Of a DNA stretch of 64,000 nucleotides, positions 38,247 through 51,524 are shown piece after piece; the first letter of the stretch is position 1; every line of letters begins with the position of its first letter. The DNA is taken from contig OX597818.1 of the NCBI GenBank assembly GCA_951406725.2, positions 96,906,001-96,970,000 on the forward strand, read 5' to 3'. The notes below the pieces were generated by a model. The model did no database searches. It saw only the letters and a program-made list of their open reading frames with translations, and had not been told where the DNA came from. The DNA is from Octopus vulgaris. Taxonomy: Eukaryota. A program made the translations under genes and the position numbers.

Positions 38247-38520
38247 CTCGCACGCACGTAAACACACACACACATGTGTTTGACTGTATTTAAAAAAGTA
38301 TTTTCTGTCTGGTTATTAATGCACACACAACACACACACACACACACATTAATAAACACCAATGTCACCTTCCAGAGATGCTATTTCAGTTTCAGGGATC
38401 AAACAGTTCATCCCAATTAGTAAAATTATACGTCAGAGGAAAAGTCATTTATTTGCCAAAACCTCACCGCTGCCATTGTTCCCAGCAACTCCACTGCACT
38501 CTCAAATATATTATACAGTG

Positions 38521-38562
<42 letters not shown>

Positions 38563-38670
38563 CAACAGACAAACAGTGTAATGAACACAGCTATAGTACT
38601 GGAGGTATTGTACAGTAGATACAGCCATAGTACTTGATATAGTTTTGTAGACACTGTATATTGTTCTATG

Positions 38671-38970
38671 TGGAAGTGCAATGGCCCAGTGGTTAGGGCA
38701 GCGGAATCGTGGTTTCGATTCCCAGCCCAGGCATTGTGAGTGTTTATTGCGCGAAAACACCCAATGCTCCACAAGGTTCCGGCAGTGGGGGGGGGAGAGA
38801 TCCCTGCTGTACTCTTTCGCTACAACTTCCTCTCACTCTTTCTTCTGTTGGCCTGCTCGCTTAGCCAGCGGGGTGGCGTCATTTGAAGGCTAAAACAATA
38901 CGAAGCTCATTGTGACCAGCGATGTGTAGCAACATCTGATAGCCTGGTCAGTCACAGTGATCACGGTGAT
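38671..38970 (+). mobile_element. tRNA-derived SINE, family C-related
   Basis: TGGCCCAGTGGTTAGGGC A-box and GTTTCGATTCCC B-box; related copy on the minus strand at 39975-40283. Confidence 0.7.
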
Positions 38971-39107
38971 ACTGTTTTATAGACACTGCCATAATACTAA
39001 ATAACTGGAGTAATAGGGATTGTTAGATGTAGCCTTGTAGACACTGTCACAGTACTGTAATAATCATTGCTATAGTGTTGTATGTACAATATAATAAACA
39101 CAGATAT

Positions 39108-39296
39108 AGGCGTAGGAGTGGCTATGTGGTTAGTAGCTTGCTTACGAACCACATGGTTCCAGATTCAGTCCCACTGCGTGGCACCTTGGGCAAGTTTCTT
39201 CTACTATAATCTTAGGCCGACCAAAGCCTTGTGAGTGGATTTGGTAGATGGAAACTGAAAGAAGCCTGTCATAAATATGTATATATATATATATAT

Positions 39297-39333
<37 letters not shown>

Positions 39334-39545
39334 GTTGTTTGTGTTTGTCCCCCCAACATCACTTGACAACCAATGCTAGTATGTTTACATCCTTGTAACT
39401 TAGCAGTTTGGCAAAAGAGACCGATAGAATAAGTACTAGGCATACAACGAATAAGTCCTGGTGTTGATTTGCTCGACTAAAGGCGGTGCTCCAGCATGGC
39501 CACAATCAAATGACTGAAACAAGTAAAAGAGTAAAAGAGAGAGAG
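39108..39545 (+). mobile_element. SINE family B
   Basis: Full-length match to the other B copies. Confidence 0.85.
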
Positions 39546-39599
39546 TATAGTTGTGCATATACAGTGTAATACAGACTGTTATAGTACTGTATATATAGA

Positions 39600-40283
39600 G
39601 CAATTGAAAAGAATGAAAGATGAAGCCAACCCCAGTGGTATTTAAACTCATAACGTAAAGACCGACACCATACTGCTAAGTATTTTGCCAAGCACACTAA
39701 CGATTCTGCCAGCTTACCACCTTAGTACAGTACATAATATTCTTTTCTACTCTAGGCACAAGGCCCGAAATTTGAGGGGAGGGGGGTGAGCCAGTTGATT
39801 AGGGGCTTAATTTATTGATCTTGAAAGGATGAAAGGCAAAGTCAACCTCAGTGGAATTTGAACTCAGAACATAACGACAGATGAAATACCACTTAGCATT
39901 TCACCTGGCGTGCTAATGTTTCTGCCATCTCACCTAATATTACAGACACCACCATAGTACTGGGTATTTTTATTTATTTTATGCTCCCTTTTTCAAGCCT
40001 AGCCAGGTTCATGGGCCTGGTTTCCCGGTTTTTGTGGCGTATGTGTTCCTCCAGCTGGACAGGATGCCAGTCCATTGCAGCATTACCCAAGAAACAGGAA
40101 GAAAGAGTGAGAGAAAGTTGGGGCAAAAGAGTACAACAGGGATCGCCACCACCCGCTGATGGAGCCTCGTGGAGCATTAGGTGTTTTCACTCAATAAACA
40201 CACACAACGCCTAGTCTGGAAATCGAAACCGCAATCCTCTGACCGCGAGTCCACTGCCCTAACCACTGGGCCATTGTGCCTCC
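39600..40283 (-). mobile_element. SINE family A fragments plus a family C-related SINE
   Basis: Reverse-complement heads and cores of families A (39600-39935) and C (39975-40283). Confidence 0.7.
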
Positions 40284-40479
40284 ACAGTACTGGGTATAGT
40301 GTTGTAATAACTGTTACAATATTGTAAATAACGCTACAACTACAGCTATAGTGTTGTATAAACAGTGCAACTGACACTATTGTAATACTGTATACAGAGT
40401 AACTAATAGCAACAGAAGCAGAGTTGATAGCAAAAGGTAATATTTATCCTCACTTAAAACAGAATATTGTGCTGTTTAA

Positions 40480-41060
40480 TAATAATAAGGAAATTATTGT
40501 ATACAGTGCTCAGGTGCACCACAAAAAGTGTGTATAAAGCATATGCAGTAATGTACAAATGTCTGGGAAGTGAACAGTGTATGAGTCAGATACATGCTTG
40601 CGTGTGTATGGAGGGGAGAAAATCAGGTGTAGTGTTGGCGAATCTCAGGAAGCATGGAAGTTTTGAAGGAAGCAGTGCTCCGACAACTAACAACTGATGC
40701 CAGCAGTTTGTTCCATACTTCAGCAACTCTTAGCGTGAAAAAATGTTTCCAAAACTCGTGGGAGCTGTGCTGTTTTCTGACTTTGTAAACATGTCCATGC
40801 ATGTTTGACAGGTGGAGTTTGAAAAGGTGATCAGAGTTATTGTTAGCAAGATGGTTAATAATTTTATGGGTGTCTGCCAAGTCAGCTGCCAGACGTCGGA
40901 GTTTCAATGTATCCATGCCCAGGGAAGTAAGGCATTCAGAATATGGCAAATGCTTGATGGCGGGTATTCTCTTGGTTGCACATCACTGAACAGTTTCCAG
41001 ACAATTAATATCCTGGGCAAGATAGGGGTTCCAGATCAGTGATGCAAATTCCAGGTGAGG
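40480..41060 (-). mobile_element. CR1-group LINE 3' fragment
   Basis: LEFAS.IWNPYL, LGMDTLKLRRLAADL, HGHVYKV, FFTLRVAEVWNKL are typical CR1 C-terminal motifs. Confidence 0.8.
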
Positions 41061-41644
41061 AATGAGAGACCCTCCCATATGGGCTTGTGGTGCATTTAGG
41101 CATTTGTGTTTATATTACAAGCAGGAGATGATTGTCAGCTACCGTCACTGGAAATATCAGATCATGTGATTTCAGCCTTTCTAGGCGTCGTCAGTGATAG
41201 ACATCCTGGGCTAGAGATAGCAGTGATTTCTCCATCAGCAATATATACTGAATCTAAGTGTCTATTCAAACACTAGTGTTGCAATATAGCCAGTGGGCTA
41301 ATTAAAAAATTATTAATAGTGGCAGTGTTAATACCAAAAGGTTCTCTCATAGCATATAAAACAGTATTATGTTTTCTGACACAAAATCCACTTCTAAGTG
41401 GAGATAAACATTACCTTTTATATAAACAGTGTAATAAGACACTGCTATAGCACTGGATGTTCAGTGTTAAAAGAACTGCTGTATTACTGTATATACAGTG
41501 TAGTAGACATTGCTGTAGTGTTGAACATACTGTGTAATACAAACTGTTACAGAACTTGATATACAGTGCAGTAGAGACTGTTATGATATTATTACAATAA
41601 TGTATAAACTGTACATTACACACACAACTGTAATAATATACATG

Positions 41645-42258
41645 TGGTCTGATCAATAAGTATCCGGACTGTTGCCATGGTAATGAAGCTAAAGCATGCA
41701 GAGTAAAGCTGCTTGGCACAGATTGACCTTGAACTCTGCTGAGCTTGCACACAAAGTTTTAACATTCTAGCTCACTTCCGCTGTTTACAGCAGTACTTGG
41801 AAGAAAGGTGTGTAGCATGTGATCATCACATTAACAACAACAGAAAAAGTTGAGCTGAGAATCTGCATCAAATTTTGCCAAGAGCTTGGTGACACCTGCT
41901 CAGAGGTCTACACAAAATTTTCAAAATTTTCATTGTTCTGAACACGATCAAGGAGATCTTGTGCAATTGAAACTCGAGTGTGCAGCTCATACACTCCTCT
42001 CCATAAACTTTCTGCAACTTTGCATAGGCCTTTGAGCAAGTATCGCCATGACAACTTTTTCTGTCATGGTCGATACAACAATCACACACTACACACCTTC
42101 CTTCCAAGCACTGCTGTAAACAGCAGAAGTGAGCTAGAATGTTAAAACTTAGTTCACATGCACAACAGAGTTCAAGGCCAATCTTTGCCAAGCAGCTTTA
42201 CTCTGTGTGCTTTAGCTTCGTAACTATGGCAACAGTCCGGATACTTATTGATCAGAAC
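41645..42258. mobile_element. Fold-back MITE made of two inverted 5' ends of a mariner
   Basis: Both ends read TCTGATCAATAAGTATCCGGACTGTTGCCAT inward; arms carry decayed transposase N-terminal sequence (EKVE.RICIKFC on the left arm, KVYGEECMS on the right). Confidence 0.8.
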
Positions 42259-42597
42259 TTGTATATGTGAATGTGTGTGTGCATACGTGTGCATGCATGT
42301 GTGTGTGTGTATATATCAACAGTGGATCATGTATCTGAAAAAGAAGCACTCTAAAAGAGCAGTAAAGTATTTACAGAAGGTTAATTATATGGCAGGTCAT
42401 AAAGTGACTGATGGTTCCACATCCATAAAGTGCTTAGCCTTACCCATGTTTATATGACTCCTAAGAGTTGTCTATAACACACACACACACATACACACAC
42501 ACACACATACACACACACTTATATGTACAGATTATTTGAAGAAACGTACAGATTTTATATATGAACAAAAAGGAACTAGCCAGAATTTTAGTTAATT

Positions 42598-42655
42598 CTT
42601 TATTAGCGCCTTCATCTGAAGAGTCTCCATGAACAGGACGAAAGCTCTAATAAAG
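42598..42655 (+). ncRNA. Minimal hammerhead-like motif with an atypical stem I
   Basis: CTGAAGA-GTC..GAC-GAA-AGCT-C; CTTTATTA pairs with TAATAAAG but is separated from C3 by 10 nt. Confidence 0.45.
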
Positions 42656-42679
42656 ATGTCAACCTTTTTTCTTTATATA

Positions 42680-43650
42680 TATATATCAATACCTGTTTTC
42701 CCTTTGCAGAGTTTAACCTCTTCTATTACCTGTGAGGCTGGGCTGGAAATTCATAGGCTGACTATGAAGGAAATTACATTGGGTACAGCATATGGAGTTT
42801 ATACTTACTACTTCTCTGCACATCAAGCAAGGCCATTTTGCTGGAGATACCAGAACTCTGTCTTCTTTCCTATTTTTACTAAGTTTACTTTGAGACCTCT
42901 CAGTTCTAGGTTTGGCTCCCATGAGTAGAATTTCCCCTCTAATTCCCTTTTCCGTTCAGCCATGAGAACTAGATCATCAGCATTTAGGAGTTCCCAGGAC
43001 AACTAATTTTAAACTCCTCTGTAATGAGCTATGATGAATGGGAGAGGCTTGAAAACTGAACCTTGATGAATTCTAACTTTCACACTAAATTTGTCACTTA
43101 TATATACCAGATGTATGAATGCGCGGATGTGTATCATCATCATCGTTTAACGTCTGATTTCTATGCTGTCATGGGTTGGATGGTCTGACTGAGGACTAGC
43201 AAGCCAGAAGGCTGCACACGGCTCCAATCTGATCCAGCAAGCTTTCTACAGCTGGATTCCCTTCCTAACACCAACCACTCCCAAGAATGTAGTGAGTGCT
43301 TTTTATGCGCCACCAGTATGAGGGCCAGTCAAGCAGTACTGGCATCGACCATGCTTGAATGGTACTTTTTACATGCCACCGGTACGGGACAATTCAGGCG
43401 ACACTGGCATCAACCATGTTCATATAGTGCATTTTATGTGCCACCAGCATGGGAGCCAGACTGGTGGGACTGGCATCAACCACACTTGAATGGTGCTTTT
43501 TATGTGCCAGCAGTACGGGTGCCAGTCAGGCAGCACTGGCATCGGCCAAGACAATGATTTCACTTGACTCAACATGTCTTCTCGAGTATAGTTTATTGTC
43601 CAATGATTGAAGGGTACTCTTAAATGGGCTGGTTATGCGACACTAGCATA
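42680..43650 (-). mobile_element. Old RTE fragments (RT/PHD remnant and 3' UTR)
   Basis: KWPCLMCREVVSINSICCTQC on the minus strand; 3' UTR with (ATG)n tail at 43134-43145. Confidence 0.7.
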
Positions 43651-43784
43651 GGCCACATATATCTCTAAATATATAATTAATAAAAAAAAAAGAGAAAAAA
43701 GACAACAAGAAAAAAGTAACAACACAAGTACATGGTACACGCAAAGTATTAATAAGACACTCAGAGAAGGAAAGAAAGAGTGTT

Positions 43785-43821
43785 TGTTTTACATTTCGAG
43801 CAAAGCTCTTCTTCAGAAACA
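43785..43821 (-). ncRNA. Minimal type I hammerhead ribozyme motif (Penelope-like)
   Basis: Minus strand TGTTT-CTGAAGA-A-GAGC TTT GCTC-GAA-ATGT-A-AAACA; stems I and II are perfect. Confidence 0.65.
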
Positions 43822-45036
43822 GCAGACATAGTAAAGCCCAAAAGAAAAGGAAGGAGGAGGAAAAAATTGCCAACAGTCCACGTGTAGTTGGTGAGTTGGC
43901 AGAACCATTAGCATGCCAGGCAAAGTGCTTAGTGGCATTTCATCCATCTTTATGTTCTAAGTTCAAAATCTGCTAAGGTCAGCTTTGCTTTTCATCCTTT
44001 TGGGTGGGGGTCAAGAAAATATGTATCACTTGGGCCCTCAGGTTCTTGTAATCAATTTACCCCCTCCTCCAAAATAGCTAGCTTTGTGCCAAAAATTTGA
44101 AACCAATAATGTATAATATTGGTCTCAAATTTTGGAGTGGTTGGCATTAGGAAGGGCATCCAGCTGTAGAAACCAAGCCAAATCAAACTGAAACCTGATG
44201 CAGCTCCCTAGTTTACCAGTTTTCAGTCAAACTCTCCAACCCATGCCAGCATGGAAAACAGACATTAAATGATGATGATGATGATGATGATGATGATATA
44301 TATATATATATATATATATGATTTAAAAATAGGATAAACTCTTCATAAGAATTTATCAAGTAGTTAGCGTGAAAAACCTCATAAGGGAAAATATATATGT
44401 ATATGTATATGTATACATACACACACACACACTCTCACATACACAATTACACACACAAAGAGGTATTTTTATACTAATATATATATAAAATATAGTAGAG
44501 AGTGTTTAGTCTCAACAATATGATGACAATGATGATTTTATTTCTAAGTTTCACTGTACAGGCCCAAATATTCCTGTTCAGTAATATTTGGGACTAATAT
44601 TATTATAACTAACTTTACTTTCCTGTAAAATTAATTATACCATGCCCAAGCCATAACTATATTTTAAAATACTCTATGCCACAGACACGTCTGTAATCCA
44701 ATTATATCTATGAACTACACTTCTGTAGTCCTAGATAAAACGTAAAGGTAGAACACATGCTGCTAATAGTCTAATACACTGAAATGTGACACTGCTAACT
44801 TGGTTGAAAGAAAAAAAAAGAAACATAAGTGAAACAGTTTGTGAACTACAGATAGAAGGAATTGTATAAACAGTAATTTAAAACCGGGGCGCGCATCACA
44901 TTATTAGACCCAACCCTCACCACCAACGCTACTACCAATATTACCACAACCTACACCAGCCATCACAACTGTTATTGCCAGTACCACATGTCTCTTCCTA
45001 AAATAGTACCTTCATCCCAGTTCTTTAAATTAACTT

Positions 45037-45077
45037 CTAAGCAAGGCAGTGAGTGACTCCTGCAACATACTCGGGGT
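45037..45077 (-). CDS. Candidate terminal coding exon (DPEYVAGVTHCLA*) of the CCDC15-like gene
   Basis: Long pyrimidine tract then AAG acceptor; phase 1 is compatible with the exon at 62129-62277. Confidence 0.35.
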
Positions 45078-45854
45078 CTTTTGGAGAGAGCGGGGAGGGG
45101 GGGGGAGAAAGATAAATGTTGAAAATATGCACACACACATACACACACACACACATGCACACACACACACACACACACATTGAGAACAATAGCTGTAGAG
45201 GTTGCAATGATGTAGGTGGTGGTGACGGTGGTGGTGGTGGTGGTGGTGGTTGGTGCTTAGCTATAGTAATCATAGCACTAGTGGAGTGACTTAAGGTGAC
45301 AGATTTAATGATAGGCCTTTAATATTTATGAAAATAGTTGAGAGAATGGTAACAATTATGAGAATTATGATGATGATGATGATGATGGCAATGATGATGC
45401 AGGCAGTGTGGTGACAGCTTTAACAATGACTTAAAAGTAGTTAAGTATAATTATGATGATGATGACGACGATAACGACAACGGCGATGATGATGGAGCCG
45501 ATGGTAACAGAGACAGCGGCAATGGTGGTGGCAGTGGCGTGGTGGTGGGGGTGGTGGTGACAGTGGTAGTAAAAGCAGTAGCTGTAGGTGTTATCAAGGG
45601 TTGCATTATATTAAAATAAAATAAAAACTAAACAGGGCAAAAACAACCAAAAAAATATTTCAAGGGAGCACAGCAAACAAACCTAAAAGGACACCAAGCT
45701 GAAGCATATTTGTAAGAAATCAAGGGCCCACCCAATTTAACAAATCCCTGGGACTGGGACAAATATAATTGCTGTAAACTGAATAGAATTACAGTTAAAC
45801 AACAAAATATGATCCCCCTTACCTTAAGGGAAGGTAGAAATATTTGTTGGATAG

Positions 45855-47120
45855 AGGTGTTTGCAGTAAGAAGCTTGCTTCTCACCACATGGTTCCAGGT
45901 TCAATCCCGCTGCGTGGCACCTTGGGCATGTGTCTTCTATAGCGTCGGGCCGACCAAAGCCTTGTGGGTGGATTTGGTTAGACGGAAACTATGTGTGTGT
46001 GTGTGTGTTTGTCCCCCACCACCACTTCACAGCTGTTGCTGGTGTGTTTACGTCCCTGTAACTTAGCAGTTTGGCAAAAGAGACCAACAGAATATGTACC
46101 AGGTTTAAAAAATAATAAATAAGCATTGAGGTCGATTCATTCAACAAAAAATTCTTCAAGGTAGCAGTGCCCCAGCATGGCCGCAGTCTAATGATTGAAA
46201 CAAGTCAAGGAATACATACACCACATTCACATAAATACAGACACATATGAAAGCAGACATATATATATTCTGTCTTTTACTTGTTTCAGTCACTGGACTG
46301 TGGCCATGCTGGGGCACTGCCCTGAGGAATTTTAGTCGAAATAGTCAACCCCAGCACTTATTTTCTTTGTAAGCCAAGTACTTATTCTATCAGTGTCTTT
46401 TGCCAGTTGCCAAGCAGTGGGGGTGGGGACAAACACAGACACACACACACACACACATCATCATCATCATTTAATGTCTACCTTCTATGCTGACATTGGG
46501 TGGATCATTTAACAGAAGCTGGCGAGGTAGGGGCCTTCACCAAACTTCTCTGTCTGTTTTGGCAGGGTTTTTATGGCTGGATGCCCTTCCTAATGCCAAC
46601 CACCCAGCAGAGAATATACATATCTATACATACATGATGGGCTTCTTTCAGTTTCTGTCTACCAAATCCACTCACAGGACTTTGGCTGTAAAACACACTT
46701 TCCAAAGGTGCCATGCAGTGGGACTGAACCCAGAACCATGTGGCTGGGAAGCAAACTTCTTACCATACAGTTACACCTTTTACTTGTTTCAATCATTGGA
46801 CTGCAGCCATTCTAAAGTACTGCTTTGAAAGGCTTAATCAAACAAATTGGACCCATTCTTTATTTTTTTAAGCCATTTGTCTATTCTATCAGTCTTATTC
46901 TTGCTAAACTGTTAAGTTATGGGGACATAACCAAACAAAGCAGTGGTGGCAAGCATAAACACAGGCACAAATACAGATAGCTAGATACAGATATAGATAC
47001 CTACTATATGCTCCTTTCAGTTTTTGTCTGTCAAATTCATTCACAAGTCTTTTGTTGAACTAGGTCAATAGTAGAAGGCTTTTGCTCAAGGCAAGCAAAC
47101 TTTTTTCCCCACAGCCATAC
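45855..47120. mobile_element. Cluster of degraded SINE family B copies in both orientations with an RTE 3' end
   Basis: B-family core and tail motifs on + (45855-46212) and - (46266-47120). Confidence 0.65.
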
Positions 47121-47151
<31 letters not shown>

Positions 47152-47181
47152 GGGGGGGGTGTATATATATATGTGTGTGTG

Positions 47182-47230
<49 letters not shown>

Positions 47231-47236
47231 GTATGT

Positions 47237-48047
47237 ATCATCATCATCATCATCATCCTCATTTAACGTCCGCTTTCCATGCTAGCATGGGTTGGACGGT
47301 TCAACTGGAGTCTGGGGAGCCCGAAGGCTGCACCAGGCCAGTCAGATCTGGCAGTGTTTCTACAGCTGGATGCCCTTCCTAACGCCAACCACTCCGAGAG
47401 TGTAGTGGGTGATTTTATGTGCCACCAACACAGGTGCCAGACGAGGCTGGCAGACGGCCACGCTCGGATGGTGTTTTTATGTGCCACCGACACAAGTGCC
47501 AGATGAGGCTGGCGAACGGCCACGATCGGATGGTGTTTGTTACGTGCCCACAGCACGGAGGCCAGTCGATGCGGTACTGGCTACGGCCATGTTCGGATGG
47601 TTTTCTTGTGTGCCACCGGCACTGGTACCACAAAGATACAAATTCCATTGATGTTCATCTATTTTGATTTGGTTTGATTTTCACTTGCCTCAACAGGTCT
47701 TCACAAGTGTCACATACTTGCCTCAACAGGTCTTCACAAGTGTCATAAGAAGGAAGGTATGCACAGGTAGACTGACTACGTCCCAGGTAGGGGCCACGGG
47801 TTATGGCCTGACTAGTCTTGCCGGGTCTTTGGATGGTGTTTTTATGTGCCACCAACACAGGTGCCAGATGAGGCTGGCGAACGGCCACGATCGGATGGTG
47901 TTTGTTACGTGCCCACAGCACGGAGGCCAGTCGATGTGGTACTGGCTACCGCCACGTTCGGATGGTTTTCTTGTGTGCCACCGGCATTGGTACCACAAAG
48001 ATACAAATTCCATTGATGTTCATCTATTTTGATTTGTTTTGATTATG

Positions 48048-48091
<44 letters not shown>

Positions 48092-50858
48092 CACTTGCCT
48101 CAACAGGTCTTCACAAGTGTCATAAGAAGGAAGGTATGCACAGGTGGACTGACTACGTCCCAGGAAGGGGCCACGGGCTATGGCCTGACTAGTCTTGCCG
48201 GGTCTTCGGACAGGTGCCAGATGAGGCTGGCGAACGGCCACGATCAGATGGCGTTTGTTATGTACCCACAGCACGGAGGCCAGTCGATGCGGTACTGGCT
48301 ACAGCCACGTTCGAATGGTTTTCTTGTGTGCCACCGGCACTGGTACCACAGAGATACAGATTCCATTGATGTTCATCTATTTTGATTTGTTTTGATTTTT
48401 TGATTTGTTGATTTGTTGATTTGTTGATTTTCACTTGCCTCAACAGGTCTTCACAAGTGTCACAAGAAGGAAGGTATGCACAGGTGGACTCCCAGGTAGG
48501 GGCCACCACGATCGGATGGTGTTTGTTATGTACCCACATCACAGAGGCCAGTCGATGCGGTACTGGCTACGGCCACGTTCGGATGGTTTTCTTGTGTGCC
48601 ACCGGTACTGGTACCACGAAGATACAAATTCCATTGATGTTCATCTATTTTGATTTGGTTTGATTTGATTTTCACTTGCCTCAACAGGTCTTCACAAGTG
48701 TCACACACTTGCCTCTGCCTCAACAGGTCTTCACAAGTGTCACACACTTGCCTCAACAAGTGTCACACACTTGCCTCAACAGGTCTTCACAAGTGTCATA
48801 AGAAGGAAGGTATGCACAGGTGGACTGACTACGTCGCCGGGTCTTCGGATGGTGTTTTTATGTGCCACCGACACAGGTGCCAGATGAGGCTGGCGAACGG
48901 CCACGATCAGATGGTGTTTGTTGTGCCCACAGCACGGAGGCCAGTCAATGCGGTACTGGCTACGGCCACGTTCGGATGGTTTTCTTGTGTGCCACCGGTA
49001 CTGGAACCACAAAGATACAAATTCCATTGATGTTCATCTATTATGATTTGGTTTGATTTTCACTTGCCTCAACAGGTCTTCACAAGTGTCACACGTGTCA
49101 CACACTTGCCTCAACAGGTCTCCACAAGTGTCACACACTTGCCTCTGCCTCAACAGGTCTTCACAAAGTGTCACACACTTGCCTCTGCCTCAACAGGTCT
49201 TCACAAGTGTCATAAGAGGGAAGGTATGCACAGGTGGACTGACTACGTCGCCGGGTCTTCGGATGGTGTTTATATGTGCCACCGACACAGGTGCCAGATG
49301 AGGCTGCACGATCGGATGGTGTTTGTTGTGCCCACAGCACGGAGGCCAGTCGATGCGGTACTGGCTACGGCCACGTTCGGGTGGTTTTCTTGTGTGCCAC
49401 CGGCACTGGTACCACAAGGAATACAATTCCATTGATGTTCATCTATTTTGATTTGTTTTGATTTGATTTTCACTTACCTCAACAGGTCTTCATAAGTGTC
49501 ACAAGAAGGAAGGTATGCACAGGTGGACTGACTACGTCCCAGGTAGGGGCCACGGGTTATGGCCTGACTAGTCTTGCCGGGTCTTCTCACGCACAGCATA
49601 CTTCCATAGGTCTCGGTCTCTAAACATTTCCTTAGTGAGACCTAAAGGTCGTGCTTCACCACCTCGTCCCAGGTTTTCCTGGGTCTACCTCTTCCACAGG
49701 TTCCCTCAACTGCTAGGGTGTAGCACTTTTGCACACAACTATCTTCAGCCTTTCTCGTCACATGACCATACCAGCGCAGCCGTCTCTCTTGCACACCACA
49801 ACTGACGCTTCTTAGGTTCAACTTTTCTCTCAAGGAACTTACACTCTGACGATTATGAACACTGACATTACACATCCATCGGAGCATACTGGCTTCATTT
49901 CTTGCGAGCTTACACATATCCTCAGCAGTCACGGCCCATGTTTCACTACCATGTAGCATGGCTGTACGTACACATGCATCATACAGTCTGCCTTTTACTC
50001 TGAGCGAGAGGCCTTTTGTCACCAGCAGGGGTAAGAGCTCTCTAAACTTTGCCCAGGCTATTCTTACTCTAGCAGTTACACTTTCAGCACACCCACCCCC
50101 GCTACTGACTTGGTCTCCTAGGTAGCGGAAGCTATCAACTACTTCTAGTTTGTCTCCCTGGAACGTGGCAGAAGTTGGTCTCTGCACATTTCCAGTGTTT
50201 ATTGCTCCTGAGCATTTGCCACAGACAAAAACTATTTTCCTAGTTAGCCTTCCTTTGACATTGCTGCACCTCTTATGTGTCCATAGCTTACACTTGGTGC
50301 ATCTTATAGAGTTTCTACCTACACCTTTTTTACAGATCGAGCAGGGCCATCTACCTGAAGGCGTTTGTGATTGATCTACCTTCCTACTTATTAGGACTTT
50401 GGTTTTGGCTAGGTTGATTCTAAGGCCCTTCGATTCTAATCCTTGTTTCCACACCTGAAACTTCTCCTCCAGTTCTGATAGTGACTCAGCAATTAGAGCA
50501 AGGTCATCAGCATAGAGGAGCTCTCAGGGGCAACCTGTCTTGAATTCCTCCGTTATTGCCTGGAGGACTATGATAAATAGGAGGGGACTGAGGACTGAAC
50601 CTTGGTGGACCCCAACCTCTACCCGGAATTCTTCGTTGCCAACCCTCACCTTACTAGCAGCGTCTCTGTACATGGCTTGCACAGCTCTCACCAACCATTC
50701 ATCTATCCCTAGTTTCCTCATTGACCACCAGATAAGGGATCGGGGGACCCTGTCAAAGGCTTTCTCCAAGTCAACAAAAGCCAGGTACAAGGGCTTATCT
50801 TTGGCTAGGTATTTCTCCTGCAGCTGTCTTACCAGGAATATAGCATCAGTAGTACTTT
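47237..50858 (-). mobile_element. RTE LINE copy, 5'-truncated and inactivated, with a six-unit expanded 3' UTR (47237-49580)
   Basis: RT from KSTTDAIF onward; TGA at 50524-50526 replaces W; 9-nt and 8-nt deletions relative to the 35126 copy; (ATG)n tail at 47237-47260; (TA)n flank at 50860. Confidence 0.93.
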
Positions 50859-51007
50859 TATATATATATATATACACACACACATATATATATATATACA
50901 TACATACATACATTATCATCATCATTTAACATCCGCTTTCCATGCTAACATGGGTTGGACGATTTGACTGAGGGCTGGCGAACGAGATGGCTGCACCAGG
51001 TTTCAAT

Positions 51008-51075
51008 CTATATGTGTTTATATACATATATATATACATATATATATACATATATATATATACATATATATATAC

Positions 51076-51124
<49 letters not shown>

Positions 51125-51203
51125 CATATACATATATACATACATACACATGTATATATATATATATATACATACACATATATACATATATATATACATA
51201 CAT

Positions 51204-51242
<39 letters not shown>

Positions 51243-51243
51243 C

Positions 51244-51274
<31 letters not shown>

Positions 51275-51339
51275 CATACACATATATACATATATACATA
51301 CACATATATACATACACATATATACATATATACATACAC

Positions 51340-51398
<59 letters not shown>
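51008..51398. repeat. Long compound (TA)/(TACA) microsatellite
   Basis: About 390 nt of alternating purine-pyrimidine sequence. Confidence 0.95.
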
Positions 51399-51401
<3 letters not shown>

Positions 51402-51524
51402 TAAAGCTGTCGCTGATTAGCTCCAAGAGCCATCGCCTCTAGCTAGCTATATGACACACGAACCTGCGTCCATTACAACCTTCGAACAGGGGAGGTCAGC
51501 CACTTCACCTTGCTGGTCAGACAT

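Noticed and set aside
45205-45600. GGT/GAT-rich tract as a low-complexity coding exon
   Set aside because: Degenerate trinucleotide microsatellites with interspersed stops and no convincing splice sites.
47495-47530. CAGATGAGGCTGGCGAAC in the RTE UTR modules as a hammerhead core
   Set aside because: It lacks U4 and the third A of GAAA, has no stem II or stem III, and lies antisense to the element.
47400-49580. CRISPR-like appearance (constant block plus variable part) of this array and the one at 59460-61620
   Set aside because: The variable parts recur rather than being unique spacers, the arrays lie between an RTE stop codon and its (ATG)n tail, there are no cas genes, and the host is eukaryotic.
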